Shown: positions 37,347 through 52,426 of the stretch, one piece after another
Layout of the letters: each line of letters starts with the position of its first letter
Position numbering within the stretch: position 1 is the stretch's first letter
Assembly: GCF_009914755.1 (NCBI RefSeq)
Contig: NC_060934.1
Reading direction: 5' to 3' (one strand)
DNA length: 64,000 nucleotides
Source: the human T2T-CHM13v2.0 reference genome, Homo sapiens
Notes under the pieces: model-generated
What the model was told of the DNA's origin: nothing
What the model saw: only the letters and a program-made list of their open reading frames with translations
Databases searched by the model: none
Translations under genes and position numbers: made by a program

Positions 37347-40127
37347 AGGGACTCACTGATTTCTAATTTCCTTTTCCTATAGAGAAGTTTGGAGATTCAG
37401 CACGACATGGCAATATAGTCAGACCATTTCAGTAGCACAAGGTGAAAAGTGGCCCAGAACTAAATGGAGGAGAACAGGTCACTTACGTACTGTGATTTTA
37501 GGAGTTCTTGCTACCCCCAAAATATCTCTCCTACTTCCCTCTCATATCGCTTGAAAATCATTCAATTATTCCTTTGAGCTCAAGTTATTATTACCTCTTG
37601 ATTCCTGGATTATACAAGATAGCCATGAAGTCTGGAAACACAGGTAATTTTATAAGATAAAAGGATAATTGATATAAAAAAGACATGATATGTTCAATGA
37701 CATTACATGATAACACTTATTGTGTTGTCCCTTGGTAAAAATACATAGCTCAATGTGCTGTGCAGAATTGCAAGTAATGCATTTCATTGATGCAGTATTT
37801 CATCATTCCCCATATATGGGTATGTGACATATTGCCTTATTTGTGTCTCTGATTTTCAGTGAAGAAACCTGCATCATTAGCATACCCCAGAAGAAGTAAT
37901 CAAGTAGGTTCAATCTGTAAGAAATGATTTATCTGTGCTGCCAGATCTTATGGCCACTCTGTATTTTAAGCTAGTATCCGTCAGTTCTCTAATATCATTT
38001 GGAAAATTAATCGAACTATTTACTTGTCATATGTCATGGAGATACTTTGACTTTGGAATTAAACACATGATTTTGAGGTTTGTGTTTTGTTCCTAACTAT
38101 ACGGACTTCTGCAACTTACTTAACTTCTCTGGGCATAATGATACTGGGTCCATGGTGTTATTGGGGGAATTAAATGAGATTTAAATGAGATCAGGTATTA
38201 AAAATGGCCAGCACAATATCTCCTACATTTTTCCAGATAAAATAGATGTTGGTGACATTTCTTCTTCCCTGTTCTCTTCTACCCCTTTCCCTACCTCTTA
38301 TCTTATTTCATTACCTTTAATGTACTAACATTGCCCACTCTCTTTTCTTTTGGAGGGGACAGATGGAATGCTGATTCTTAGATGGGTGTGTGGCTTAGTT
38401 GCTGGAAACCTGAGGCAGGAAGTGGAGAAAGGGCAAAGAACCATAAAAGGGAAGGTGGTAGAATACTAACAACATAATTTCTTGCTGCTCACATTTTTGC
38501 CACAGGCCAATCCTGGCCTAGCTCAGCATCAAAAGCAATCCCAGCTATAGCTGTTGCAGGAACCAGGTTGCTCTGTTATAGAGGTTAAGTACCTTAGAGC
38601 AGCTCCTTTCTCTGCTGGAGCTCCCCTGGGGCTAGGCCACTGCCTACCTCAGTTGTGTATTCCTAGACTAGGCAACTCTGAAAGGAGACATCCCAATCTG
38701 CATGGGTGTAAACTCTGGTTTCTGGCTTATAATTGTGCCTAACTAATTTATTCACTCAATTATTCATTTGCAAACATCCCCTGGAAGCGTCCCTTAGTTC
38801 CATGACCTCTGCAAATCTCTATGGATAGAAAGATGATTCAGAGAGGTTCACAGCTAAACATAGATACCTGCTTGCAATGCCTTTTTACACTTGGAAAACC
38901 TGTACCTGTTACAATAGGAACCTTCCAAAGAAAGGAAATCATTAGAAGTCATTCAAATTTTTATCTACAAGGTCAAGCAGTAAATAAGAAATTTGACTTT
39001 TTTCCTAGAAAACTCGATATCAGAAGCTATGGGCATATATTTCCCCTATTTATTGCTTTCCTTGTTAGTAAGACTTGGGTACAGGAATCTGACTACGGGA
39101 AAGGGTCTTATATTCCAGGCTCCTTTCTTTGCTGTTATTTTGGTGGTTTCCTCTGTTATTTATAATCTCCACCAAAAGTTAAATAAAAGAAGAAAGATTA
39201 ATCAGGCAGGTTTTATTTTATTTCTTCTATCAACAAGCAACTATTTTCCAAGTCTCTTACTATGCACTGAATATTGTTCTAAGCTCTGTAGGAGATAAAT
39301 ATTCCTTGTCTTCATGGAGCTTTCTCAGTCCAGCTAGAGAAACAAAACTCACTTATTTGAAAAAATGGAAACCAATTGTGGACTAGACTTTGTGGTCTAG
39401 TTAATATGAGATCAGAGATGAAAAGAATCACAGTGCACTACATTCTCCAGGCAACAGATTGAAAGAAGGAAAAGAAAGAGGAAATAACTAAGTTCTAGGA
39501 GTATCCTATTCCATTTCTGAAAATGTGATCATTCAATTAAGTTTCTGGGGCAAGTTTTATCCTCATTTTATCTGTGTAAAAACCAAGACACAGAAAGAAC
39601 CTAGCCATATTTCTTTACCTCTCTACAGTCATATAGCAATTAGGTGTTGAAGTTGAATTTTATTCCAAGACCAGTTGATGTCAGGGTTCTTTCCCATAGA
39701 TAATACTGACGTACCAATGGGTCTTGAGCCAGGTCTTGCCAGATGATATACAGGTATAGAGGAAGACCTGGATACAGGAAGAAGCAAACCCTTCAAGAAG
39801 CTCTGGGCATTTGAAGGCCAATGAGGGGTCTAATGAGATCAAAGTGGGCTGGGGATAGTGGGAGACAATATTTTCCTTTAAATTAACTATATTCTTTGGC
39901 ATTTTTTTTTCAGTAGAATGATTGATATTGAGTGAATAATGTTTAAGCTAAGCAATAAAAAATAAGTTTGGAACTCTAATGATTTTTATGATAAAGATCT
40001 AAAATATAGTTATCTTCTTTCTATACTGTATTTGTGTACAGGAAAAATAAATACATTTCTATTGCTACTCAACTTGGAGCATACAGTACTATGCAGCATA
40101 GCTCAAGTGAGTAGTTTATTTGCATAC

Positions 40128-40486
40128 TGTATTAGTCTGTTCTCATGCTGCTAATAAAGACATAACTGAGACTTGGTAACTTACAAAGGAAAGAGGTGTA
40201 ATTGACTCACAGTTCCACATGGTTGGGGAGGCTTCACAATCATGACAGAAGGCAAAGGAGGAGCAAAGTCGCATCTTATATGGCGGCAGGCAAGAGAGCA
40301 TGTGCAGGGGAACTCCCCTTTATAAAACCATCAGATCTCATGAGACTTATTCAGTATCAGGAGAACAGCATGGGAAAAACCCACCCCCATGTTTCAATTA
40401 CCTGCCACTTGGTCCTCCCATGATATGTGGGGATTATTACAATTCAAAGTGAGATTTGGGTGGGGACACAGAGCCAAACCATATCA
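40128..40486 (-). mobile_element. THE1 (THE1C-like) solo LTR
   Basis: tgtattagtctgttctcatgctgctaataaagac ... gagccaaaccatatca; perfect TSD CATAC at 40123-40127 and 40487-40491. Confidence 0.92.
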
Positions 40487-41071
40487 CATACTAACACCTG
40501 CAGTTTGGAATATTTTGTTACTGATGTGATTCATGAACAAACAGATGCATTCTGTGATCTGTGGATCTTTGAAAGCAAAGGAGTAGTTTGACAATCCACC
40601 ATGACGATATATAAATCGTGAGCCTCCATACACCTAGTGACCTCAAAATACATAAAACAAAATTTGAAAGAATCACAAAGAGAAAGTAATTCAGAATCAT
40701 AGTGAGAGATGTTAATATATTTCTCTCAGAAACTGGTAGATCAAGTAGAAAAAATAAACTAGTTAAAGTGTAGATTTGCATAGCATAACTTAAAAGCTTG
40801 ATGTAGGCATGGAACCTTGTAGGCATGGAACCTTGTAGTCAAGAGTCCAAGATTGCATTCTTTTAAAGATCTAATTAAACACGTATAAAAACTGATCACA
40901 CACTAGGGCAGGAGAAGAGGCAGAACAAATTCCAAAGATCTATTCGTATGAGCCATCTTATCTAATCACAGTGAAATAAATTAGAAACTACAAGAAAAAG
41001 ACAATTGAAAACAACAACTCTTGTAATATCTTTGGGGCAATTGGGCATATGTCTAAAAACGTTAATTGCTG

Positions 41072-41377
41072 GGCCAGGCACGGTGGCTCATGCCTGTAAT
41101 CCCAGCACTTTGGGAGGCTGAAGAGGGCGGATCATGAGGTCAGGCGTTTGAGACCAGCCTGGCCAACATGGTAAAACCCCCTCTCTACTAAAAATACAAA
41201 AATTAGCTGGGTGTGGTGTTGCGTGCTTGTAATCCCAGCTACTCAGGAGGCTGAGGCAGGAGAATTGCTTGAACCCGGGAGGCGGAGGTTGCAATGAGCT
41301 GAGATGGCACCAGCCTGGGCAAGAGAGTGAGACTCCATCTCAAAAAACAAACAAAAAACAGCAAACAAACAAACAAC
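41072..41377 (+). mobile_element. AluS (Sg-like) with ~10-bp internal deletion
   Basis: ggcggatcatgaggtcagg; gagatggcac^cagcctggg lacks actgcactcc; (CAAA)n tail. Confidence 0.92.
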
Positions 41378-41839
41378 CTCTTAATTGTTAAGGAGGAAAA
41401 AATTTGGAGATTAAAACTATTCAGTACTAATGAAAACAGTACTGCATTTCAAAACATGAGCTAAAAGCAGAACTCAGTAGAAGATTTATAGCCTATAAAT
41501 TAATTCTGTGTCAATAAGAAGTCAATGGAGTTTTCATGATACTTTAAAAATTATAAAGAAAAATTATAAAAAAAACTTTAAAAATTCATAAAGAAGTCAG
41601 AAAATAATCAAAAATAGCCAATAGCTAAAACTATTCTTAAAGGAGAATAAAGATTACAGACCTGTACTACGTGATATCCATATTAGTTATGAAGCCATAG
41701 TAGTAATAAAGGCAAGGTGGCAATGTGCAGGGATTGATAAACAGATTATCGGATCACAATCTAGAGCCTAGGAATGACATCAAGTGTACATGGGCTTTAG
41801 GTGCATAACAGAGGAGTCACTGTCAAATCTGAGGGATGG

Positions 41840-42566
<727 letters not shown>

Positions 42567-43036
42567 GATGGGATGAATTAATCAATTATTGCTGCAGAGG
42601 AAAAATTGTTTTTCATACAGAAAAAGTAAAATTAGTTCAATGCCTCACATCATACATAAAAACAACCTCCCAATAGATTAAAACCATAATGTAAGAAAAC
42701 CCTAAAAAGCATTAGAAGAAAATATTAGAGAACACTATGATCTCACAGTAAACAATGATTTCTTGAACAAGACAGCAAAAGCTTGTTTCAAAACAGAATA
42801 AATTATTAAATTTGATTACTCCAATTTTTAAAACATCACAATAACAAAATTCAAATATAAGTGACAATAGAAAGAACAGAGATGCCATATTTGTGACATA
42901 CAAGCCAAACTATAGATTGTCGTGTAGAATATATATGTCAATTAAAAAGACAAAAAAATCTAAAAGAAAAACATCAAAGGGTATAAGCAGTCAATACTTG
43001 GGAAAGGAAATTTTAATAATCAAATTTTAAAAAACT

Positions 43037-43257
43037 AGCACACACACAGATGAGTGAGTATAGGTACAACTGCAGAAATCTGAGTATGACTGGATGATGC
43101 ATAAATGTCAATATGCTGGATGTGGATTTTTATATTATAGTTTTGCAAACTATTACCATGCAGCAACCAGGCAAAATGAACAAGAGCTCTTGCTGTATTA
43201 TTTTTTATAACTGCATATAAATCTATAATTATCTCAATTAAAATTTCAATTAAAAAA
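43037..43257 (+). mobile_element. L1MC1-like 3' end
   Basis: tgtcaatatgctggatgtg...ataactgcatataaatctataattatctcaattaaaatttcaattaaaaaa. Confidence 0.65.
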
Positions 43258-43970
43258 TACAAAATGATGCTCAGCCTTACTGGTAATCAGGAGAATTCGA
43301 TCTTAAACAGTGAGATACTATTTTACACTCAGAAATTTGGTAAAAATTAAGAATTGTGATCATAGCCATTGTTGGCAGGGATGTGAATATTCAAAGAAAA
43401 GGGAATTCTAGTAATTTGCTTGTGGGAGTGTAAATTGGAGAATAATTTTGCAATAGCTCTTAAAATTGGAAGTGTGCATACTCAACAAATTCAATTCTAC
43501 GTGTATATCCTGAATATGTTACTTGACCGGTGCCCAAGGGGATGGGTAAAAGGATGTTACTGCAGTTGGTAATAATAAACAATTGAAAATAACTCAAATA
43601 TCCATACGTAGAGTACTGGATAAGTAGACTATGGTATACAATGGAGTATTAGACAACAATTAAAACGAATGACCTAGGTCTTTGTGTATCAATATGAATA
43701 GCATTTGAAGACATAATGCTGATTGAGAAAAATCAAACTGGAGTGTAACATACACTGTGAAACTATTCACTGTAAGTTACAAACATACAAAACAATTTTC
43801 TATATTGTTTATGGAACCATATGTGACAAGAGGTTAAAGTAAGACTCTTTCTGTTTCAGTTTATACTGGTACCCCAAGTGAAGAGACAAAAGTGCTCTTG
43901 TATTTTAAAAAGAGATACAAGGCTAGTGTTGCAGGACTTATAAAGGTGTGGTCTGAGGTTTACTCCTTAA

Positions 43971-44312
<342 letters not shown>

Positions 44313-44683
44313 ACAACTCTAGTCTTTAAATGAAGAGGGAGATGTCAAGAGTGATCTTGGAAATTAGAGAAAGAATTGCTTTGGAAGATGAATCTCTCCT
44401 GTCTCCATCATTTTGGGCACAGCGAGATGGGCACTCTTATCTCAAGTTGGACAAGAGGGGCTTCCCTGGGAGACTGTGTCCACAGTTTGTTGAACACAGT
44501 GGCCTGGTGGGGGGTGGAGCTTGAGCAATCTAAGATTGAGAAGGCATGGCTGGGGCTCAGTGTTCCAAGGGCCCTGCAAGGAAAGAGGCTGCACTGGGAA
44601 TGACCTAGACCATCAGAGTCAGGGATGCAAGATATCCTGAATAATATCTTGGACAAAATAAACCATGAAGAAGAGCCTGCCGA

Positions 44684-46035
44684 TCATACATTTGTTCATT
44701 CAACAAATACTAAGTGCCTATTATATGTCAAGCACTGTTTTAAGTATTCAAATCTGTAAATAAACAAGCCGTGATTCTCGTACTCATGGAGTTTACATTC
44801 CATTTGGAAGAAACAGATAAAAATGATAAGCATAATATATAATTGAACGATAGAATAGGATATGACAAGTATTATGGGAAAAACAGAGGCAAGGAAGGGG
44901 CACTGGAAGTTTTAGAGTGAGGTGGGTATGTAGGGTACAATTTTTAGAAAGGGCTTCACAGCAGGCCTCATTGAGCTGATAAGATCTGGGCAGATGTGGA
45001 GGAGGTAAGAGATTCAGACTTCCACATTTTGAACAAAGTCTTTTCTAGGAAGAGAGAATGCCAGTGCAAGTGCCCTAGAAGGGAGCATGTACAGCATGTT
45101 CAAGGTGCAGCAGAGCAGCTGGAGTGGAGTGAGCATGGGGTGAGAAATAAGAGATGAAGTCTGAGGTCAGGAAGGTAATGGGCTGTTAAAGTGAGGTGAT
45201 TGCATAGGGCTTTATAGGCCCTTGTGTGTTCTTTGATTTTATTCTGAGTGAATACAGAAGCCCTGCAAAGCTCTGAGAAGAGGAGCCACTGTGACCTGCT
45301 TATGTTTTAATGAATCTCTAGCTGCTGTGTTGAGAATAGGCTGTTGAATGGCCAAGGGTGGGAAAAGGAAGACCCACTGGGAAACTGTGGCAGCAATCCA
45401 GGGAAGTGGTGATAGAGGTTTGGGCAAGGGCAGTAGAAGAGGAGATGGTGGGAAGCAGTCAGATTCTGGGATACATTTGAGGGTGAAACCAACAGTATTT
45501 CCCAGTGTATTGAACAATGTTAGAAGAAAAAGGGAATCAAGGATATCTCCAGGGCTTAGGGCCTGGGCACCTGAAAGAACAGTGCATTAGTGAGGCAGGA
45601 AGGGCTGCAGGTGGTCTGGAGGGCAAGACCAAGAGCTCAGTTTTGGGTGTGTTCATTTTGAGATATCCATGAGACATCAAGTGGTGATGCTGGATGTAGG
45701 AACCTGGAGTTCAGGAGGCAGATCTGGGCTGGGATTTCAATGTGGGAGTCATTGATGATGGTCATGTAAGGCCCCTGAGACTAGGATGAAATCATCAGAG
45801 AAATAAGAATTTTAAAGAATAAACTCCAGAGTCTTAAACACTGAGACATAAGGAACACAAGGGGGAACTAGGATATGAAATTAAGAGGGGATGATTAATG
45901 AGAGAGGATGAAAACCAAGGGAAGTGGTGACCTAGAGACCAAGTGAGGAGAGTGTATTCCAGGGGAGGATGCCTCTGGAATATCAGTGCCACGTGCTGCT
46001 GATAGGTCCAGTAGGCTGAAGCTGAGAATTGATAG
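44684..46035 (-). mobile_element. L2a, ~1.35 kb
   Basis: Begins catttgttcattcaacaaatactaagtgcc; includes gagaagcagtcagattctgggatacatttgaggg-like and gagctcagttttgggtgtgtt segments. Confidence 0.8.
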
Positions 46036-46216
46036 TTGATGATCATATCAATTCCTGATTTTAAACACCACAATAAAATAAAAATAAGTGAAAAATTCCT
46101 TAACATAGTAAAATACATCTATAATGTCTATATCAGTATAAGTCCAAAGCCAGCATAAAATTATTATTTGCAGACAATATGATTGTTTACCTGAAAAACC
46201 CAAGACAATCAACCAA

Positions 46217-46469
46217 TGCCCAGGCTGGAATGCAGTGAAGCAATCATAGCTCACTGCAGTCTGGAACTCCTGGGCTGAAGTGAGCCTCCCAAGTAGCTGA
46301 GATTACAGGTGTATACCACCATGGCAAGCTAATTTTATTTTTTCAGTAGAGATGGGGACTTATCGTGTTGCCCAGGCTGGTCTCAAACTCTTGGGCTCAA
46401 GCAAATTCCTGGTCTCAAGTGATCCTTCCAAAGTGTTGGATTACAGGTGTGAGCCACCACGCCTAATCT
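46217..46469 (-). mobile_element. rearranged, tail-less AluJ
   Basis: gcaatcatagctcactgcagtctggaactcctgggct; two internal deletions and a short duplication. Confidence 0.8.
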
Positions 46470-47374
46470 GAAAAATTTTAAAACACTAAGAGAACGCAGT
46501 TAAGTTTTTAGGCACAGTATTGATATACAGAAATCAGTAGTCTTTTGATATCTGAAACCTCATTGGAACATATAATGGCAAAAAGATCTCTTTTATAATA
46601 ACAACTAAAAAGATAAAAGACCTGGGAAAAAACAGCACACACAAAAGTATAAAACTTACATAGGGAAAACTTTACAACACTATCAGAGGCCATAAAAGAC
46701 CACCTTAACAAGTGGAAAACATGGTACATCCCTGAACAAGATTATACAGATGATAATTATCCATTAATCTAGATGCATACTGCAATCCTAATAAAAATAC
46801 TAATAGTTTTTAATATATTTAAATTGTACAAACTTTTCTAATGTTCAGTGGATAGACAAGTTTGACAATAAAATAAAAAGACATCTTCATGGAAACAAAA
46901 AATATTCTAAAGAAAGAGAAAATATAAATGACAGATTGGGAAAAATTTTCAACTGATATAACTGAGGAGTAACTTTATTAATATACAAAGAGCTCCCACA
47001 AATAAATAAGCAAATCAACAACTCAATAAAAAATGGCAAAAGAAAATAAATGAGCAGGTAAAAGAAAATATAAATGTTTTAAAATGTATGAATTGATTCT
47101 CAATCTCACTACAAATAAAAAAATTGTAAAACTATAATGTAATATTGTTTTTCACTTATCATATGGGAAAAGATCAAAAAGTTTGATAACACCTTTGGCT
47201 AGTATCTAGGACGACAGGCATGCTCATACTTTGCTAATTGAAGTATAAACTGTTGCTACCTCTTGGAAGAGTGATTTGAGAATGCCTGGTTACAATTAAA
47301 GGGCCTCTAATGCTCTTTGATTTAGAAAATCCACTTCTAGGACTTTTCCTACAGATATACCTGCATTGGAGTGG

Positions 47375-47378
<4 letters not shown>

Positions 47379-47416
<38 letters not shown>
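47379..47416. repeat. (TA)19 microsatellite, with (TTG)n at ~47441-47460
   Basis: Read directly from the sequence. Confidence 0.95.
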
Positions 47417-47422
<6 letters not shown>

Positions 47423-48011
47423 GGTATTTATTGCAGTATTTTGTTGTTGTTGTTGTTGTTTGTTTTTGTTTTTTAATCCTGCTTCTTTTGTATGCAGAAC
47501 TATTTTGAATAGCAAGAGATTAAAAACTAATCACCTATAGAAAAGGGCCTGGTTGAGTAATATATATTACAACATGCAAGTAAGCATTACACAACTGTCT
47601 AAAACAATGAAGCAGTGTTATACACTGATATGGAAAGTTCTCCAAGATATGTTAAGTGAAAAACAAAAAAACCAAACAAACCAATGTGTAGAATGTGCTA
47701 ATATTTGTTAAAGACACACATGTGTGATGTACTTTCCTGGAATAATGTAAAGGGTGGTTACCTCTTAGAATAGGAACTGGGTAGCTTAGGCAGACTTATT
47801 TTCAACCTATGTGCCTTTTGAATTTTATGCCAGATGCTTGATTTACTGATTTAAAAATACAAATAATTTTGAAAAAGTTAAAATAGATGTATGAAAAATT
47901 GATTAGAAAAGAGCAAGAAAATAAGCCTTTAGAGGTGTCATCAAGGTACTCTGCAGTGAATTCTGAAATGAAACAAATTAACAAATAAGTGAGACTCTAT
48001 TTTAGCTCCTG

Positions 48012-48044
48012 CTGCAAATTCACTTGAAATCCACCAGATGGCAC
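48012..48044 (+). promoter_or_regulatory. candidate CTCF site, core plus upstream motif
   Basis: CCACCAGATGGCAC (48031-48044) fully matches CCASYAGRKGGCRS; CTGCA starts 19 nt upstream of the core. Confidence 0.55.
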
Positions 48045-49755
48045 AAGAAAATGTGTTGTGAACAAACTTGGACAGGTTGGTGCAGGTAGCAAATGGGATT
48101 GGTGAGAAACTAGGACTCAGGAAAACAAAGGTTCTCTCCAGACTGATTCTAGGTGAGTGCATTCTAATTCCAGGCTAGCCATGGACATCAAGGGCATGAT
48201 TTTGTCATGTCAGCCAGGTGATGCCAGGAATCACCAAGTAGTATCGACAATTATAAACATGGAATTATCTACATATCACAGCCTCTGCATGAATGGTTTA
48301 TTGAACGCTCCCTTCCTCAACACAGAATTCTCTTTTTTTTTCTTCCCTCTTAATCCATACTTAATGCTTTATGAAAAGAGGTATTTGTTTCTTGGTAAGC
48401 CATGTTTCTTTAATTAAAGGAGGAGAGTTGGGAGAGATCCACTGGAAAAGGAGAAAATTCTGGTTTCACAATATGCACTATTTATGAGGGTGCTTTGCTG
48501 TTGAAACCTATTAAAGGCCAGCCCAGCCTAGTTTGCCTCTTGCCCTCCCAGGAGACAATTACTGTCCTGCATAACAATTTGAAGGAAATATCGGATGTGG
48601 TCGAAAGACCAGTTGTGGCCCTCTCTCTAGCAACCATTTCTGCTTAGATTTCTTAATTGTTTCCACCACTTCCTTTACTGGGCTTGTGGCCTTCTGTGTT
48701 CTGCAGGATTCTGAGCTTTCATAAAAGCCTCCCATTCTCTCTGGAACTCACATGTGCAAGCAGATACTTCCTGGATCCCAGAGCAGCAGCACCTTAGAGA
48801 AGCGGCTCCAGCCAAATTCATCTAGTGCACATGCACATGGGAGCCTTTGCAACGCCTGGGCTTCTTTTTGACCACGGGGAAGAAGGCCCAAGTGGTCCAA
48901 GCCACTCTCTTCCCTCCTTATTCAGCCTAGCTTTCCCTTCCTCCACTCCCAGAGTTCTGGTCTGTTCTTAGCCCCTACTGAGAGTGTCTTTGCCAATGAC
49001 TTTCTCCTCTCACCTCCTTGTAGGTCTGTTTCAGGTGTGGCCTTCCGAAAGATTTTGCCAGGTAAGACAGGACTTCAAGGAAAGGAATAAGACAGGAAGA
49101 TTCTTCAATGGTACAGTTTTTGCCATTGAAATGCCCAGGTAGAGAGATATGTAGGGAAACACTGAGGACTACTGGAGAAATGACCACCTTTTTTGCTAAA
49201 ATGAGGGACTAGCTCTCTTATCAATCCTGCCTCTGACCTGTGGGCAAAACACTGGCACAGAGTTAGAGGCAGGCAGGGGTGTGGGACCAGGAGTCAGAGT
49301 AGCCTCATCTCAGCACTGTGACCTCCATTTAGGGAAAGACTGCACTTACTATCCAGAGCCTTCGTGTCCTCCTCTCTACAATGGGAATAGCAGTTATCAG
49401 TCAAGTCCACCTCAAAGAACAGTTGAGAAGAGGGATACATTCGTAATTTATGTAAAAGAATTTTGAGATTGGTGAGATGTTTTGCATCCATGGAATATTA
49501 ATAAAACCACAGCAGAACTAGCTTATGTATTGGGAGGTATGTTGATAAGAAATTATGGCTGTGATGGGACCTAGGAAACACTGCCATGGTGTCTTTGGCT
49601 GAATGTGGGGCTTAATGCAGGTGAGGACATGTGCTGGGTAATTGAAGTCACTACAATTCTTCCAATATGGGCTAAATGCAAGGAAAGCTCCTCTGCCCTA
49701 GGTAAAGAGCTGGCTGCCTTTTAGGAAATTGAGGCTTTTTAGTGAAAATATCAAA

Positions 49756-50223
<468 letters not shown>

Positions 50224-50559
50224 TTAATTCGGAGCATCTGCCAATTCTTATCCCATTCTTTGCTTTTCAAATAGACTTGCAAACGTGGTTGTTACCAAAT
50301 CTGGAATTGCACACACAATTCTCCCTAAACCCCTTCTGCCAGATTACTGTTATGTAAACCACCTTCTTTATAGTCCTCCACAGTTTGCAATGGTATTTTA
50401 CTTGATTTTTTTTTTCAGTGAGCTCCCCACCTTTAGTGCTACAAGTCATATGCTACATTTACATTTAAGCAGTGGTCCACTTATAGAGTATGAAGAACTT
50501 CCACAAATCACATTCATTACCCACAAAGCACTCTGTAATACAGATACCACTTCTCTTTC

Positions 50560-50832
50560 TTTTTTATTTTAAGTTCTGGGATACATGTGCAGAACATGCA
50601 GGTTTGTTACATAGGTATACATATGCCATGGTGATTTGCTGCATGTATCAACCCGTCATCTAGGTTTTAAGCTCCACATGCATTAGCTGTTTGTCCCAAT
50701 GCTCTCCCTCCCCTTGCCCCCAACCCCTGACAGGCCCCGGTGTGTGATGTTCCCCTCCCTGTGTCCATGTGTTTTCATTGTTCAACTCCCACTTATGAGT
50801 GAGAACATGCGGTGTTTGGTTTTCTGTTCCTG
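50560..50832 (-). mobile_element. short L1PA7/8-like 3' end inserted in a MIR
   Basis: gtcatctaggttttaagctccacatgcattag; TSD gataccac(t/c)tctctttc at 50543-50559 and 50833-50849. Confidence 0.9.
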
Positions 50833-51694
50833 GATACCACCTCTCTTTCACAGATGAAGAAACAGACTCAAAGGGATTTGCTGATTTGTCCAAAGATGTA
50901 GTTTGTCAATTCAAAGTAAGAATTAGGACTTAGCCCTATAAACTGTCCCTGTTTTAGCAGCACCATGTAAGAAGTCGCAACAGTGCAGGAAACATTGGAG
51001 TTTCATGATGCTGAATGAAAGAAACGACACGTGACATCTGTCATGGAGCATTTAGTCGTGACTCATTGGCTGCTCTATCCTGCTCCACCTATTTTCTAAA
51101 ATGTGTTGGAATGTGTAGCCCCTGAGACTCCACAAAAAAAGAGGCTCCCTTGTCCAAATATATTTGGAAAATGTGGCATATTACACTCGCCCTCCTCTCC
51201 TACAATGTGCACATTAGCATCGTAAAGGCCCTGAGAAGTCCTCCACTAAAGAAATCTGTTTTACCTTGTTTGACCCTATATTTCCCAAGCTTATTTGGGC
51301 ACAGACTTCTTTATATAACATCTATTAAATCTATTAAAATCCTGCAGAATTAGTGTGCCATGCAGGGAATACGCTTTTGGAGAAGTGTATAAAAATGATT
51401 TGAGGGAAGTTGAGAAAGTCAGAGAAGGTAATCAAAGGGGATTTAAACTAGTCAAGAAAAAGTGTATGAGAAAAACAGGCAGCACAGTTGAAGGATACCC
51501 CTCAGAAGTCTGTGAGCTGGATGCTGCTGCTGTGTGCCTCTGACAGCTCTTCATCCAGGCACTGACCCAGCTCTGGGCCTCAGCTTCCCCATCTCTAAAC
51601 CGAAGGGGTTTGCCTGGGATTTCTCTAAAGCTATTTCCCTCCCAAATTGTCAGTTACATTTTCCCCAGGAGATCCTGAAACTAATTCCGTGAAC

Positions 51695-52100
51695 ATTTTT
51701 ATTTGCAACCTTTTACTTTGATATAACTTGAAATTTAGAGAAACATTAGAAAAAGGACACATGAGGAATTTTCTTTCCTCCGATTCATCCGCTGTGTATA
51801 TTTTGCCATATTTGCTTTCTAGTTCTCCCTCCATCTCCCTCTTTCTTTCTCCCTCCCACCGCCACTTTCTCCTATGCTCTCTCATATTCTTTTTCTCTGA
51901 ACCACTTGAGACTAAGTTGGAGATATCATTCCCCTTTTACTCCAATACTTCAGGGTGAATTTTCTAAGAATTAGGACATTCTCTTATCTATCCACAGTAT
52001 CATCATCAAAATCAGCTACTTAACTTTGATACAATACCATCATGTAATTCATAGTCAATAATGAAGTTTTATCTATTCTCTCAATATCTTTATAGCTACC
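51695..52100 (-). mobile_element. old L1MC/L1ME 3' end
   Basis: tctgaaccacttgagactaagttggagatatcattccccttttactccaatacttcag...aggacattctctta. Confidence 0.6.
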
Positions 52101-52162
52101 ATTCCTCCCCTAAACTTCATTAACTTTGTATAGAGGGCAAGGTTAAGTCAATGTTAAAATCA

Positions 52163-52426
<264 letters not shown>

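Larger units (their letters stand above)
46040..47870 (+). mobile_element. fragmented L1M (L1ME/L1MC-like) ORF2 end and 3' UTR
   Basis: ttatttgcagacaatatgattgtttacctgaaaaaccc (FADNMIVYLKNP, RT-like); gatatggaaagttctccaagatatgttaagtgaaaaa. Confidence 0.65.

Noticed and set aside
37397-37415. TTCAGCAC REST half site
   Set aside because: Right half (GGACAG) is absent
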